Shown here: positions 20,437-32,400 of the stretch, piece by piece | Layout: every line of letters begins with the position of its first letter | Position numbering within the stretch: the stretch's first letter is position 1 | Origin: Dimargaris cristalligena | Lineage: Eukaryota | Direction of reading: 5' to 3' | Length of the DNA stretch: 47,838 nucleotides | Assembly: GCA_003614675.1 (NCBI GenBank) | Contig: ML002285.1 | Span: forward strand, 1 to 47,838 | The notes under the pieces: model-generated | Told to the model about the DNA's origin: nothing | Seen by the model: the letters and a program-made list of their open reading frames with translations, nothing else | Databases searched by the model: none | Position numbers and translations under genes: made by a program

Positions 20437-23040
20437 TTAATAGGGCGAGTAGACCACGCTCGATTGGGATCGGAGCGCCTTGGTCGGCGTTTGCAGTACC
20501 TTCTGGGGCGTACCCAGCTGCTTCTTCGTCACCATGGTCACGTCCTGGGGCAACGCCACCACCACGGCCTTACTGCGTCCGTACCGGAAATTGTCGGCCA
20601 CCACATCGTCCGTGTATTTCTTAATCTGGTAGCCGTAGGGCCGACCCTGCAGGACCCGCCAGAAATTCCAGGTGATCACGTACGGCCCGGTACTGGACAC
20701 GATCCGGCGCTCCTTATTATTAGTGCTAGTTGTGTCAAAGTGTGCCGGTGTGAAGGACACGGCGGTCCCCATATATGCCACGTGTTTGGGATCCAATTGC
20801 AGTTTCACCGGCGGGCGGCGATCCTGCACGGGAATAGACCGCTGGAACCCTGTCGTTAGGGGGATGGAGGAAGCTGTTGAAGCGTCACCCCCCTTGGCAT
20901 CGTTGCGGGTGATTACCGTATCGATTAGCAGTAGGTACGTCTGGCACGTAGCCACCACAAAACGCCCGTCGGCCGTTACATCGATGCCCAAGATGGGGTC
21001 GCCCATGGCCGGCAGCAGCGTCTTGGCATTCTGGCCTAGTTTAGTGATCAGTCGGATATCGCCCTTATCGCTTCCCACCGCCAAGTTACCCGCCGCCGTT
21101 GTCGCGACGCAGCGGAACCGGTTCTTGGTGAAGTACTCTTTATGCTCCGTGTCGACCAGTTTCGTCCCGGCGAGGCGGGGATCGATACGGAATAGGGAGT
21201 TCCCCGATAACCCCACCAGCGTCTGTTCGCCCGTCATTTGTGAGAATTTGGCCGACGGGGCGATACCGGTGGTCGGGACCAGGTCGTGGACGTGCCAGTC
21301 CTCCACTACCCGGCCGCGCTCGAGGTCCATGCGGTAGAGGTGGCTGGGATCGGACTTGTCCATGATAATCAGCGAGGAATCCTCCTCGTGCAGGAGTACT
21401 TTGCTGGGGTCCAGGGTCCGGCCGGTCGTGCTTTCCAGTCCGGCGATGGTGGTGTCGAACTCCAGACCGTCGTCGTCGGTGTGACGGAAGACACCAATCT
21501 TGTTACCCCGTACTACGAAGGAGCGGTCGTGTTTGTAGCCAACCGCTAGGAGGCTATTCTTGGTCTTGGTGCGTGGCCCAAGAGCGGAATCGCGGTGATG
21601 CTGCAGCTTGCCGGTCCGCTTGGGGGGCCGTGGGTTACGGTGGTGGCTGTCGTCATCGTAGACGTCATCATCATCCTCGTCGGTTTCGGATTCTTCCTCA
21701 CTGGTGGTTTCCTCTTCAGTTGCTTCGTCTTGGCTGGTCTCGTCTTCGCTTTCGGACTCGGATTGGAATGGGTCCAGCAGTTTGGATTCGGGAACCTCGC
21801 CCAGGGCGGAGTGGGCTGAAGAGGCGGTTGATGCCGAGTCGCTTGCCTTGTCCGCATCGGATAGTCGGAGTTTCCCTTCGAGGTAGTCGGCCAGGGCGTT
21901 ATCTAGGAGGTTTGCCTGGCCCAGGTAGGCCTGGTTACTCGGGGTCACTTTACTAAATGCCTCCTGGTTAGAGGATTCGTACAGGGACTGAGTAAAGTGT
22001 TTATTAAATTCATGAAGGGTGGCCACATTAGGGAAACGCACCGACCAAGTATACACAAAGTTCTGCTCGTCGTAGTAGCACCAGATGAAGGAGCAGGTCT
22101 CGAGGTTAATGGCGGCATTCATGTTGGAGGACACGGGCTGGGTCACGAAGTCCCGGTGGGCGTCGTGCACCCACAGCCAGTACGAGAATGTGGCGTCCTG
22201 GGTCAGGGCAATGACACACTGCTCGCACTGACTAACGAAGGCCTCGGATTCGGGGTGGAACAGGTACAGTTCGACGGGGGATTGGTAAACCACGGGTCCC
22301 TTGGTGGAATCGGCCGGGATATCCTCCTCTTTGGTCTCTGCCAATTCATCGCCTGTTTTAAACTCGTCCGCCTCGGAATCACAGTCGGACTCCGCCGACT
22401 GGTCATCGAAGCCATCGGATTCCGACTCCTCAGAGTCTTGGCTCACCACCACCAGGCGCGGAGACCGGGTCCGGGGCGGCGAGGGGGGCGGGTGGGTTAG
22501 CGTCCGGAGAAATTCGGGGGCCGCCACCTTGTGACTCTGCTTATGGACGTATTCGTAGAGACACTGCTGGAGCACCCGTTCCAAATCTTCGGCAAGGGCA
22601 CAGTTACGCGCCCGGGTACCGCCCACGTCCAGCTCGAACAAAAAGGCCTCTTCGGGATCACCTTTGGGGTCGACCCATTTCAGAGCGGGGAGGTGGTCGA
22701 CGGTGACCATATGAAGACCCAGGTCCGGGGCAATGAGCCAGGCGAATTCGTCTTCGGGCCCATTGTTGTCGTCGTTGTCCGTGCCCGGTTGGGAACTAGC
22801 GTCGGCGCGGTTCAATTCGACTTCGCCTTCGTCGTAGACGCGGGATACGACCAGCTGGTACTGATACGGGGTGGAGGTGCGACAAACCGCCAGGCGGGCG
22901 TCATTGAAGAGGCATTCCTGGGGACCTTGGGCCAAATGGCGGGGGCGGGTCAGATAAAAGCGGCCGGCTGGTATGACTAGCTTTTCGACATTGTCGGAGT
23001 CGCCCCAGATGGCCTGACGGAGGGCCTGGAAGTTAAACAT
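20437..23040 (-). CDS. VID27: Vacuolar import and degradation protein 27
   Basis: 867 aa with YQYQLVVSRVYDEGE, a PH-like region, an acidic linker, NSLLAVGYKHDRSFVVRGNKIGVF, YRMDLERGRVVEDW, AKTLLPAMGDPILGIDVTADG, STGPYVITWNF and VVADNFRYG. Confidence 0.95.
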   Translation of the reverse strand: MFNFQALRQAIWGDSDNVEKLVIPAGRFYLTRPRHLAQGPQECLFNDARLAVCRTSTPYQYQLVVSRVYDEGEVELNRADASSQPGTDNDDNNGPEDEFAWLIAPDLGLHMVTVDHLPALKWVDPKGDPEEAFLFELDVGGTRARNCALAEDLERVLQQCLYEYVHKQSHKVAAPEFLRTLTHPPPSPPRTRSPRLVVVSQDSEESESDGFDDQSAESDCDSEADEFKTGDELAETKEEDIPADSTKGPVVYQSPVELYLFHPESEAFVSQCEQCVIALTQDATFSYWLWVHDAHRDFVTQPVSSNMNAAINLETCSFIWCYYDEQNFVYTWSVRFPNVATLHEFNKHFTQSLYESSNQEAFSKVTPSNQAYLGQANLLDNALADYLEGKLRLSDADKASDSASTASSAHSALGEVPESKLLDPFQSESESEDETSQDEATEEETTSEEESETDEDDDDVYDDDSHHRNPRPPKRTGKLQHHRDSALGPRTKTKNSLLAVGYKHDRSFVVRGNKIGVFRHTDDDGLEFDTTIAGLESTTGRTLDPSKVLLHEEDSSLIIMDKSDPSHLYRMDLERGRVVEDWHVHDLVPTTGIAPSAKFSQMTGEQTLVGLSGNSLFRIDPRLAGTKLVDTEHKEYFTKNRFRCVATTAAGNLAVGSDKGDIRLITKLGQNAKTLLPAMGDPILGIDVTADGRFVVATCQTYLLLIDTVITRNDAKGGDASTASSIPLTTGFQRSIPVQDRRPPVKLQLDPKHVAYMGTAVSFTPAHFDTTSTNNKERRIVSSTGPYVITWNFWRVLQGRPYGYQIKKYTDDVVADNFRYGRSKAVVVALPQDVTMVTKKQLGTPQKVLQTPTKALRSQSSVVYSPY

Positions 23041-26018
23041 GAGGGGGGGGGGATGTTCAAAAACCCAAGGACAGGCTAACTAGAAATACGGTGGGTGAGG
23101 GTTTTTTTTTGTTAAAGAAATGGGGGTAATGGTAATGTACGGTGCGGAATGAAGAAGAGAATCCAAGTTTGATATAGGAGTAAATGGGTAAAAGTCGGAA
23201 AGCTCTTCAGCCTTCCGGCTGTGCGGTAATTAATGATTACATTTGATATTCATGCAGCCTGCTTCAGCCATTCTAGGGCTTGGCCTGGTGTGGGCTCCAA
23301 GGCCTTTATTGCAGCTAGCCTACCTGCTGATGATTATTTATTGATAGATCGGGCTCAAAATAATTGTCGAAGCCAAATCAAAACATCTTCCTCCCGCCGG
23401 GTACTATTCCACCCAATCAGAGCTGGTCTGGGCAAACGGCTCCCCCCTTCTAAGAAGAGCTGCCGCAGTCAATGTAAGGGAGCCTAAATAATAGGCTGGA
23501 TGGAGAGCCATTGTATATTTCAACCCTTATCTTTTGGAGGAGCAAGGATCAGGGTACTCTATGAGGGAGGAGCCTCCCCTATTACTGATCAACAGGCTGC
23601 TTACTACTTACCGTGTTTAAACGAAAAGAGGGGCCTTGGGAAATAGCCAAGTCTGTCCATTTGGCTGGGGCGAGCTCGTATCTCTCCCCCCTCTCTTAAT
23701 TTGTCAGCGTCGCCAACCTGGTTCGGGTAGTTATAGGTATACTGGTGCTGCTCCCAAGGAGCTTGGCTTCCCATAAGTATGACCACCCATCGCATATACG
23801 TTATGAGGAGATATTTCAACCCACCGGTTCTAAAATAAAGGTATCATACACTTGTGGTTAATAATAGGCCTGGGTATACTGCCTACCCTGAACCTCTGTA
23901 ATACTAGCCGTAACCCCGCATCGGGGTGGCATGGGGCCTAACTTTCATTTCGCAGTGACATTGGTAATTGGTAGCTGTTTAATGGGTCCCAAGTAATTGA
24001 AAGTTGGCAGTCACGTAAGTACGGAAATGAGTTTATCCAGAAATAAACCAGCAAACGGGAATATCAATAAAATTTGGGGAAGATCTTATCGCAGGTAAGG
24101 GATGGGGGTTTTAGATGCGATAGCCATTATATTCCTTCGGCTACCCCCTACCAACAGATATTATTAGCCATGCCCGTTCTAAACCATTTATGACTGCTGT
24201 ACCCCATTTCACTCCACCCCGCTCTAGCCAGCTGCGCCAGTTTCCCCACTATATCCCTCAAGGTGACACCAAACTGCGGCCTTTAGCGGGTATATTCGGT
24301 TCGACTAGGCAGAGGCCATGGGAAGAAACGGATAGGGGAATACGCAACTTTCATCCGGACTGGGCCAATGCTACGGTCCTACACGTGGTGTGGTGGTCCA
24401 AATACGGGGCAGCAAGGGCCCCCACAGACCTTGGGTGGGCCCGGCCTGTCCCTTGGTCTCATATGGGAAACATGGTTTGAAAATACCCGAAGAAACTGCT
24501 GCTGCATCATCGGTAGGGGCCTAAGAAAACACGGGACAATTTGTGTGGTTCCAATCACAACTGTATTGCTCTACTGGCCAAAGGGGAGAGGGCAGAGTGG
24601 TACCACTTTCAACTATACCCGCAGAGTAGTACCAAGCCGGGTGAGGTATACGCCGGCAACAGTCGAGGTGTTAGTTCGGACCAGTGACAGCGTCATCTGA
24701 AACCCCCCGAATCTATCCGCTCCGACTGAATCCGTTACTCGGAGCGAGGCAAAACCCCTGGGTTATTATTATACACCCGGCTATAGGTGTTACCTTCTTA
24801 CCACTCCCTAATTTCAAATGACCGCTCCAGTGGAGCCACACCCCTTCCCCCACTTTACACTCACTCATACCCTGTTGTTGTACACTTTAGATACCTAACC
24901 AATAGCCAAGATCGATGTGCGAGCAAATTAGAACGAGGAGGTGCGTTCTACTTTTTTTGGCAATCCTTTGAATTTTCGAGATCCCCTTTCTCTACAGTAG
25001 TTTAGGTATTGCTAATGTTCTAAAAGCCAATTTATCATCTCATTATTGTCATTGACAAACTATTCTTGTGCTCCCGTTCATCCGGCGGATGCACCCTACC
25101 GTAAGTCTCTTCCGATTGCGCCCTCTCTCTCTCTATTTCCGTCCCTTCGCATACGTCCTCGCTCCCTTTGCAGTATCCCGCTCTCCTCCCCATTTTGCCT
25201 ACAGCATTGACTGGCCAGCCACACTAGGCAACGCTTCCCTTGCCAGAGCGATTCTCACACCCACTGGATTTTTGTGCGCCCCTACTTCGGCGTTTTCCTC
25301 CATCGCTAGCCCTGATAGCTTACTTGGGATTGACAGCCGGCCACCACCGTGTAAGGATTTCTCCCCGCCCTTTCTTTTCCTCCTCCTCCCCTTCCCGACC
25401 AGTCAAGGGGGCGCCCAACCCGGTGGTCGTGGAAGGTCGATACAGAACCCACCTCCTAGTTTATCCCAGTTTATGGACCGCCTATCGGTGCACCACCATC
25501 ACCAATGAGGACACGCTACACCGCCTTCGTGACCATCCTCTCTACCAACCACTGCCAAAGTATAAATACTCCGCATACCCACGCCAATCTATCTTCATTT
25601 TTTTGAATAATCATCTCTCCATTCGTTCGAATATATTGCGACCATCTCTCTTGGGCTCGCACCACTAAGGTAAATGACCCTTTCGGGTATTCTACTATCA
25701 TTAGCTGTCCCCCAGAAGCGCATGCCAATTTTTCGGGGACCGTCGTCGACATTGACTGGCTGAACAGTCCGCTCGTTCACCAGTGGTTCGGATGCCCACC
25801 ACTCATAGCCGTTCACCGTGACTTTCTTTCGCACTGACTAATAAGCATCGCTATTCCTTTGCCTACTTTGCTTTGCACATGACCCCCCTATATTTTATTT
25901 CATATTCCCTCTCAAACGTACAACCCAACATACCCCTCTCTCCACTTTCCACCAATGGCCCGTGTGTGTTTTCCCACCCTATCATACACCATTATCTACA
26001 AAACTCTACTTGTCGCAC

Positions 26019-26025
26019 TATAAAA
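26019..26025 (+). promoter_or_regulatory. Putative TATA box upstream of the aquaglyceroporin
   Basis: TATAAAA about 130 nt before the ATG at 26151, within pyrimidine-rich sequence. Confidence 0.35.
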
Positions 26026-26150
26026 ACCCGACTCCCTCACTCCCCCCCTGAATAACACCAGATTTACTAGCCTCACCTCAGCGCTTCTTTAATTACACCA
26101 CAGTAATCCCTGTTTTTATTTTATTTTATTACCTGACTCCCTCATCCACT

Positions 26151-27392
26151 ATGAGCAAACAGTATGCCCCCGTTGGCCACGATGGCCCCGATCGCGGCAT
26201 GATGTCCCCTCCCCTGCCCGCCCATACCCACGACGCGTCGCCCAACCAGGCCACTTTCCCCCGCCAGCGTCGCCCGTCCTACCCCGGCCAGCAACCCCCC
26301 ACTCCGAACTACCCGAATGCCCCCCCCGGCCTCGTCCAAGAGAACCCCGAGTCGGTTGCTATTGACCTGGGCCGCTCCACGCTCAACAAGTGGCAGCCCG
26401 GCGATACCACGGTATCTAATGGCGGCGGTGCGCCCTATTATGGCGACGCAGGAGATCACGAGGGAACGGTATTCAATACCACGGGCGCCAACTCCCCCCC
26501 GCTTCCTCCAGCTGAAATCGGGGAAAAGCGGAAACGCGATTTCATGGAACACCGCCAATCCCGCAACAACTCCGTCTACAGCATTTCGTTGGCCCTCGGC
26601 GAACAATCCCGCTGGCGCCGCATTCGCTACCACTACCGGGAATACTTGGCTGAGTTCCTCGGTACCTATGTCATGGTCCTGCTGGGTCTGGGGGTCATTA
26701 TCTGTTCCGCCCTGAACGTGGAAGCTAAATTCCAGGCCTGGTCCCTCATTTCCCTCGGTTGGGCGTTCGCGATCATGACCGGTCTGTTCGTCTCCCAGGG
26801 TGTGTCCGGAGGTCACTTGAACCCGGCCGTAACCCTGGCGTTTGCCGCCTGGCGTAAATTCCCCTGGCGCAAAGTACCCGGCTACTGGTTCGCCCAACTG
26901 CTCGCGGCCTTCGTCGCCGCCGGTACTCTCCATTTACTCTTTTTGCAGTCGCTGGACGTGTATTCGGGTGACCGCCGGGACGTTACCGGCCCGTTTGCCA
27001 CCGCCAGCTTCTTCGTGACCTTCCCCATTACCGTTGTCAACAACGGTACCGCCTTTTTATCGGAAGCCTTGGGTACTTTCCTGCTGGTTCTGGTCGCTTT
27101 CGGTGTCACTGACCGTCACAACGTGCCTCCCGTGGGTTGGGGCCCATTGGCGCTTGGTCTAACTGTTACCGGTATTTTAATGTCCATTACTTTCCAGGCC
27201 GGTGGTGCGCTCAATCCCGCCCGTGACTTGGGTCCCCGTCTCTACCTGCTGGCCGCCGGCTGGGGAGTGGAAACCTTCCAGGCCCACAGCCACTACTTCT
27301 ATGTGCCTATTGTCGCTCCCTGCGTGGGCGCAGTCCTGGGTGGCTTCGTTTACGATTTATTGATCATTTCGTCCGTTCGCAAGGACATTTAG
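26151..27392 (+). CDS. Aquaglyceroporin (MIP family, GlpF/Fps1-like) with a Pro-rich N-terminal extension of about 160 aa
   Basis: REYLAEFLGT, SGGHLNPAVT and ALNPARDLGPR (Asp after the second NPA-R is the glyceroporin signature), plus six TM helices. Confidence 0.95.
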   Translation: MSKQYAPVGHDGPDRGMMSPPLPAHTHDASPNQATFPRQRRPSYPGQQPPTPNYPNAPPGLVQENPESVAIDLGRSTLNKWQPGDTTVSNGGGAPYYGDAGDHEGTVFNTTGANSPPLPPAEIGEKRKRDFMEHRQSRNNSVYSISLALGEQSRWRRIRYHYREYLAEFLGTYVMVLLGLGVIICSALNVEAKFQAWSLISLGWAFAIMTGLFVSQGVSGGHLNPAVTLAFAAWRKFPWRKVPGYWFAQLLAAFVAAGTLHLLFLQSLDVYSGDRRDVTGPFATASFFVTFPITVVNNGTAFLSEALGTFLLVLVAFGVTDRHNVPPVGWGPLALGLTVTGILMSITFQAGGALNPARDLGPRLYLLAAGWGVETFQAHSHYFYVPIVAPCVGAVLGGFVYDLLIISSVRKDI

Positions 27393-29445
27393 AGAGACCT
27401 ATATATTACGGACATTCTAATTTATCGATCCACTCCGTTGGTTTAGTTTAGTTGGGTTTATATTTTCAGTATTACATGTCCTGAATGCTTGGGATCCCTT
27501 GTGGGTGCTCTATCGGCTCTTGTCATTACTAGACTTTAATTACTATGTTTCCCATATTACCGATACAGTTTTTCCCCCACCGGAACCTTGCCGACGGTTT
27601 ATTATGATCAGTGCACCCCTTCCCTTTTTCTTCTCCTTTCGTTTTCTCTCCTCTTTCTTGGACTTACGATATTACGCCCTGGTCGGTCGAACTGACCGAA
27701 TAACGGCGCTTTTATATATAGATATATACACACATACACACATACACACATTATTATTCCCCAAAATTGGGTGCTTGTTCATTATAATGCCAAAATAAAA
27801 TAGATATTGAGCAACCGTATTATACCGGTGGATCTGAATGAACATGAATGACTCGGAAGGCGTTGGATGGGGCGGAATGTACCATTCAGCTCTATAATAG
27901 CAGTGCCCCTGTGATTTTTCTTATATCGGGCGGCCCTAGTAAATGATCATACGAACGGCATCATACAATTGTCACTGCGTGGTCATTGGGTATATATATT
28001 ACCAATCCTATTTTGCCGAACCAATGCGCTTTCCCCAAAACATGATTTCTCGTAGGGTGAGAACTCCGTTAAACAATAATTAACGTCAAGGGCCCTGGGA
28101 ATATCCGGCCGTTGGTGATGCTGCCCTTATTAAAATCGCACCTTCTGACTGACAGCACCCGTTGCGATAAGCGAGCCAGTAATACCCCCTTAGACTAACT
28201 ATCGCTAGAATCTATTGGTATGTACCTCGTCGGGGCGATACGTAAGATTCCCGGCGGCTATTCTAACGTCAGGCTGTGTTTCATTTTAGGAAATCCGGGG
28301 CCGGTATTATGTTTTCGAAACTTACCAAATCACCGCTAAGTAAGTAGAGTCCTGCCAGCCTCGAAAGACTTGCACCATCGAAGCCTCCTCTACCCAACCG
28401 GAACCGAATTACAATACCCGTTCCGCAGTAGTCTCTCAGAAACTTTCATTTCTAATGACTATTTTCGCTTTTTTTTAAAAAAAACCCCCTAAATCACAAC
28501 CTCCCCAGCTCCTGCTGAAGCACTCCCATCTTCCTCTCTGTAATAGCAACCACATAGATCCAATACCGTGGTCTAAAAATATCGGATACCACGGCTGATC
28601 CTCTGTTTATTATGCGGCTGTTCATTTGGATTAGCTGCCCATCTCGGCTTGCCTTTAGCCGGCATAGCGACAAAAGAGTATTAGATATGCCTGGGGGTAG
28701 AGCCGGCGCTTATTTAGGGATGATGCTACTCTATAATAGCAGGGTATCTTCCTTTTAGATCATAGGGAAGTACCCCGGCTCGTGGTCATTTGGCCAATTT
28801 CAAATTGAACAGGCTCTTCTCTGGATATGTGCTATTGTTCAATTCTTCAGTGATAGTTTGAGAGACCTTTCTGGGCCCTTGAATTAATGAGGCTCCGATC
28901 ATCCCGATGCTGGTTGTGCCACAGCCAATCGTAATAACCCCCGGGCGTTGCCGTGGCGGTAGGCTATTCAGTATCGACTACATCCCTGGTCGCCCCAAGT
29001 CAATATCTCCCCCATATATCTCCCGGCCAAAGTCAGGCCACCATGGTCCGATAATAATTCTAGTGATTTATATGTTTGGAGAGGCAGCAGATTGGGAAGG
29101 GAGACGGTGGGCAATTTCGTCACACCCAGACAAAGCCAGACTTAGTGGGTGAGGACCGTGGCGGGACATCGAAACGGCGGATGCTGCGCCTATTCACCAG
29201 GTCACTTGGTCCCTCGATTTATTACCGTCTATCCATTATTCGCCCCAAGGTATTCTGCGGCCTTGGGTTATGGCAGGGTGGGCTTCCTTCAGGCCCCGTC
29301 CTATTTCCCTCACTAAACCCGGCATTCTCTAATTGAATTGTACTTATTACCCTCCTCATTGTGTTGCCCCTTCTTTCTATTTAGCCCGTTTCTTTTCTAT
29401 TGTCCCAAGGGACCTCGTGTCCCCTACCTTCTCTTCTTCAACATC

Positions 29446-32400
29446 ATGACCACATTTCCCCTACAGACCACATTGGCCCTGTGGAACTTGCCCCGGGCCG
29501 ACCACCTTACCCCGCCTGTATGCATAGACTGGGGTGATGGGTCCGCACCCACCACTGGGAACCTCCTACCATCTATACTAGGTGCGACCAGTGTCACCGC
29601 CCTGACGGTAGTGCCGCAGGCCAGCCCGGGCCCAGTTTCGTCCCCATCGCCTCCAGCATCCGCCGACCTGGTCTTGGGTCTTTACAATGGGGCCATTCTT
29701 CACGCCCGTTTGACTAACCCAGGGCCGGCTGGACCAATGGCAGCAACAGCAACAACACCCGTGGGTCTGCAAATGGACATGGAGCGGATTGTTCCGGCCT
29801 CAACCGCTCATTCTGCCCCGGTGGCCATACTAAAGGCCTTCCGGTACGCGTCCGAGTATGATGCGGCGGGCGAACCAGTGGTCCTTACCATCAGTCGGAA
29901 TGGGGAGGCCAAACTGGTGTCACTCTGGGACGGCCGGTGTCTGCGCCACAATCCCCAGGTGTTCCCTGTTCCCGGCGGTGGCAACCCGCACCAACTCGCT
30001 TGCATGGGTGAGATCATTTCGGTAAGAGATACCCACCGGATAATCTAATCCGATGCAGAGACCTGTCCCTTCAACGCTCATGTAATCATATCAGACTATA
30101 TACGGTAGATTAATATATGTATGCTATAGCCTGAGACATCCGCTTACTGACACTATGTTCCATTGCTTATCACAACTACCGGACCCCACACCCCTCTCTT
30201 CCGATTATCTCATCGTCCGTTTCACTCCGCTCATTCCTTCGATTGGGGGCCGGCAGCTCGATGCACCCAACCTGGCTTTTATCATCGGAACGTCGTCAAC
30301 TGTTGCGGTCGTTGATTTACTTACCCTTGATGTAGTCGCACTTTGGTCGACGGGCCACGACAACTGGGTGGCCACTCTGGCCGGATGTTACCATGCCGCA
30401 GATCGACCATCCACCTTCCAGCTGGTGACTTGTACGGTCAATGGCGTCCTGCAGACCTGGACCATCCGGCTTGACGCCCTTCTGGCCCACTCGGACCACT
30501 CCCGGTGGCATGCCTGGGCCGACCGTCAGCGAAGCCTAACAGGTGCCGCTCATGGGCCTAGTAGTAGCCACTCATCTAACAATGGTAAGAAACCGCCCCC
30601 GAGGTCCGGGTCCAGCGCCTCCCAGTCGTCAACTGGGTCGTCGGGTCGCCCTGAACCTAATTTGCCGGCATGGCCTGCGAACCCCTACCGACTGACCGGT
30701 AGATATTCGAAGCTCGGCGATCCCATCCATTACTTGTCGTTACGATCCACTGCCACCGGGCAGTCCATGTTCGTTGCACTATCCCGCAAAATGGCCAAGG
30801 TAAATTAAGAGGACCGCCCCTTGTCTCCTTACCCTAATCCGCTATGTCCATGTCTATTTATAAATCGATGCCCGGCTAATCCAAATGTCCCAATGGCTCT
30901 TGCTGCCCGTCCCGCCCACCCACTGGATTTATCGCTAACGCATAACCTATTTCTATATGCACTTATGATTATCTTAGCTGTTTCGACTTGACGGCGAGAC
31001 ACTAACCGAGAGTATAAGGTGGACCATCCCCCAGGATGACAACTCAGAACTCCGTGGGGCCGAATTTTTCAACGGACAGGCGGGCGTCGTGATCTGGAAC
31101 CAATTTGGCAACAGTCTATACATTAGCCTGGGCCAGAATTTAGGCCGCCCTCCAACCGGAGGCGGTAGCTCGGGTTCACCATCCCGGCTCACCTTTCTAC
31201 AAGCCCAAGAGATCAATGGGGGGACATCGCCCCGTCCCCACCCAGCCATCAACTGCGTCCTGCGTGATTCCGGCCGGTCAGACCATCTGCTGAGCTGGAT
31301 CAATTGTCCGGGCAATCCCGGCCTGAGACTATTCGACCTCGATCAAGTGATGGTGACCTCACAACGGCCTCCAGCCCCGGTTCGCTCTCTACCCGGGCCC
31401 CCTAATCTAGCCACGCCTTCACCACCCCCACAGCCACAAACACAGCCACCCCACAACCTAACCATTGATCCTACAGCAGGAGGGCCGCGTCGTGGTTCAG
31501 CCGGTCTCCGGCCTATTGCATCCACTGACAGTTTCCACGATCTTTTGGCCACTTCGCCCTACCCCCGCCGAGACGCCTCGCCCCAGTTTCAGCCACCGCT
31601 CAAATCGTTGGCCCTACCCACTGTGTCCACCACCCACAGCCATAGTAGCTCCTTCGACCCCCACATCAAATCGAGTCGCAAAAGCAGTACATCGAGCCCT
31701 CTGTCGTTGTTTACTGTCCCTAATATGTCGCCCACTATTTCATCCCCGGGTGCCCTGTCTTCCGGTGGAGTTAACGGTGGCGCCAACCATGCTCTTTTAG
31801 GCCCCCGCCGGCTATCCGCCACCCATCGCGGAGTTCAACCGGGCATGTTGGGCCAATCCAGAATGCCAGGCCTCCAGGTTCGAGTAGTCTCCGCATCGGC
31901 GAATTCGGACCGACCACCACCCGATTCGCCCGGTATCGCTTCCACTTTCCGTGAGTTACTGAAGGGAGACCCCGATTTACCCCCGGTTCCCGCATCATGT
32001 GCCACCACTGCTACGGCCCGCTATGCCGCCTCGGCATCGGCATCGTTTGATACCACTACCGCAACCGCAGCTCCCACTAATTTCCAAATGCCCAAGAAAG
32101 ATGCCACCGCCTTGATGCGAAACGCCCTGTCGGCGTCATCATCTCCGGTTCTGGGCCCCCAACGCGTAGCGGAGGATTGGGGCGCTGGTGGCATTCCCTC
32201 AGTGATTCGGAAACAGCTTAACGCTAGTCTGCCTGGGCAACCCTCCGCTTCTTTTCAACTGCCCCCCTCGTCGTCGGCTTCGTCGGCCCTGTCGGCGGAA
32301 GGTATCTTGGCGCCCGGGTCGCACCCATCTACCCGGGATAGAGCTGCCGGGGGCGTTCGGGCATCACCCCCACCGGTCATCCGTCTCGATAACGACCGCG

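Noticed and set aside
20464..22980. Long antisense or overlapping ORFs over VID27 (similar ones lie over PWP1, the aquaglyceroporin and FOL3)
   Set aside because: These are shadow ORFs expected from GC-rich codon bias and carry no recognisable motifs.
24718..24746. 8-bp inverted repeat CGCTCCGA...TCGGAGCG (similar short hairpins near 23565, 23913 and 28576)
   Set aside because: Stems this short are expected by chance in 48 kb, and there is no supporting Helitron or MITE context.
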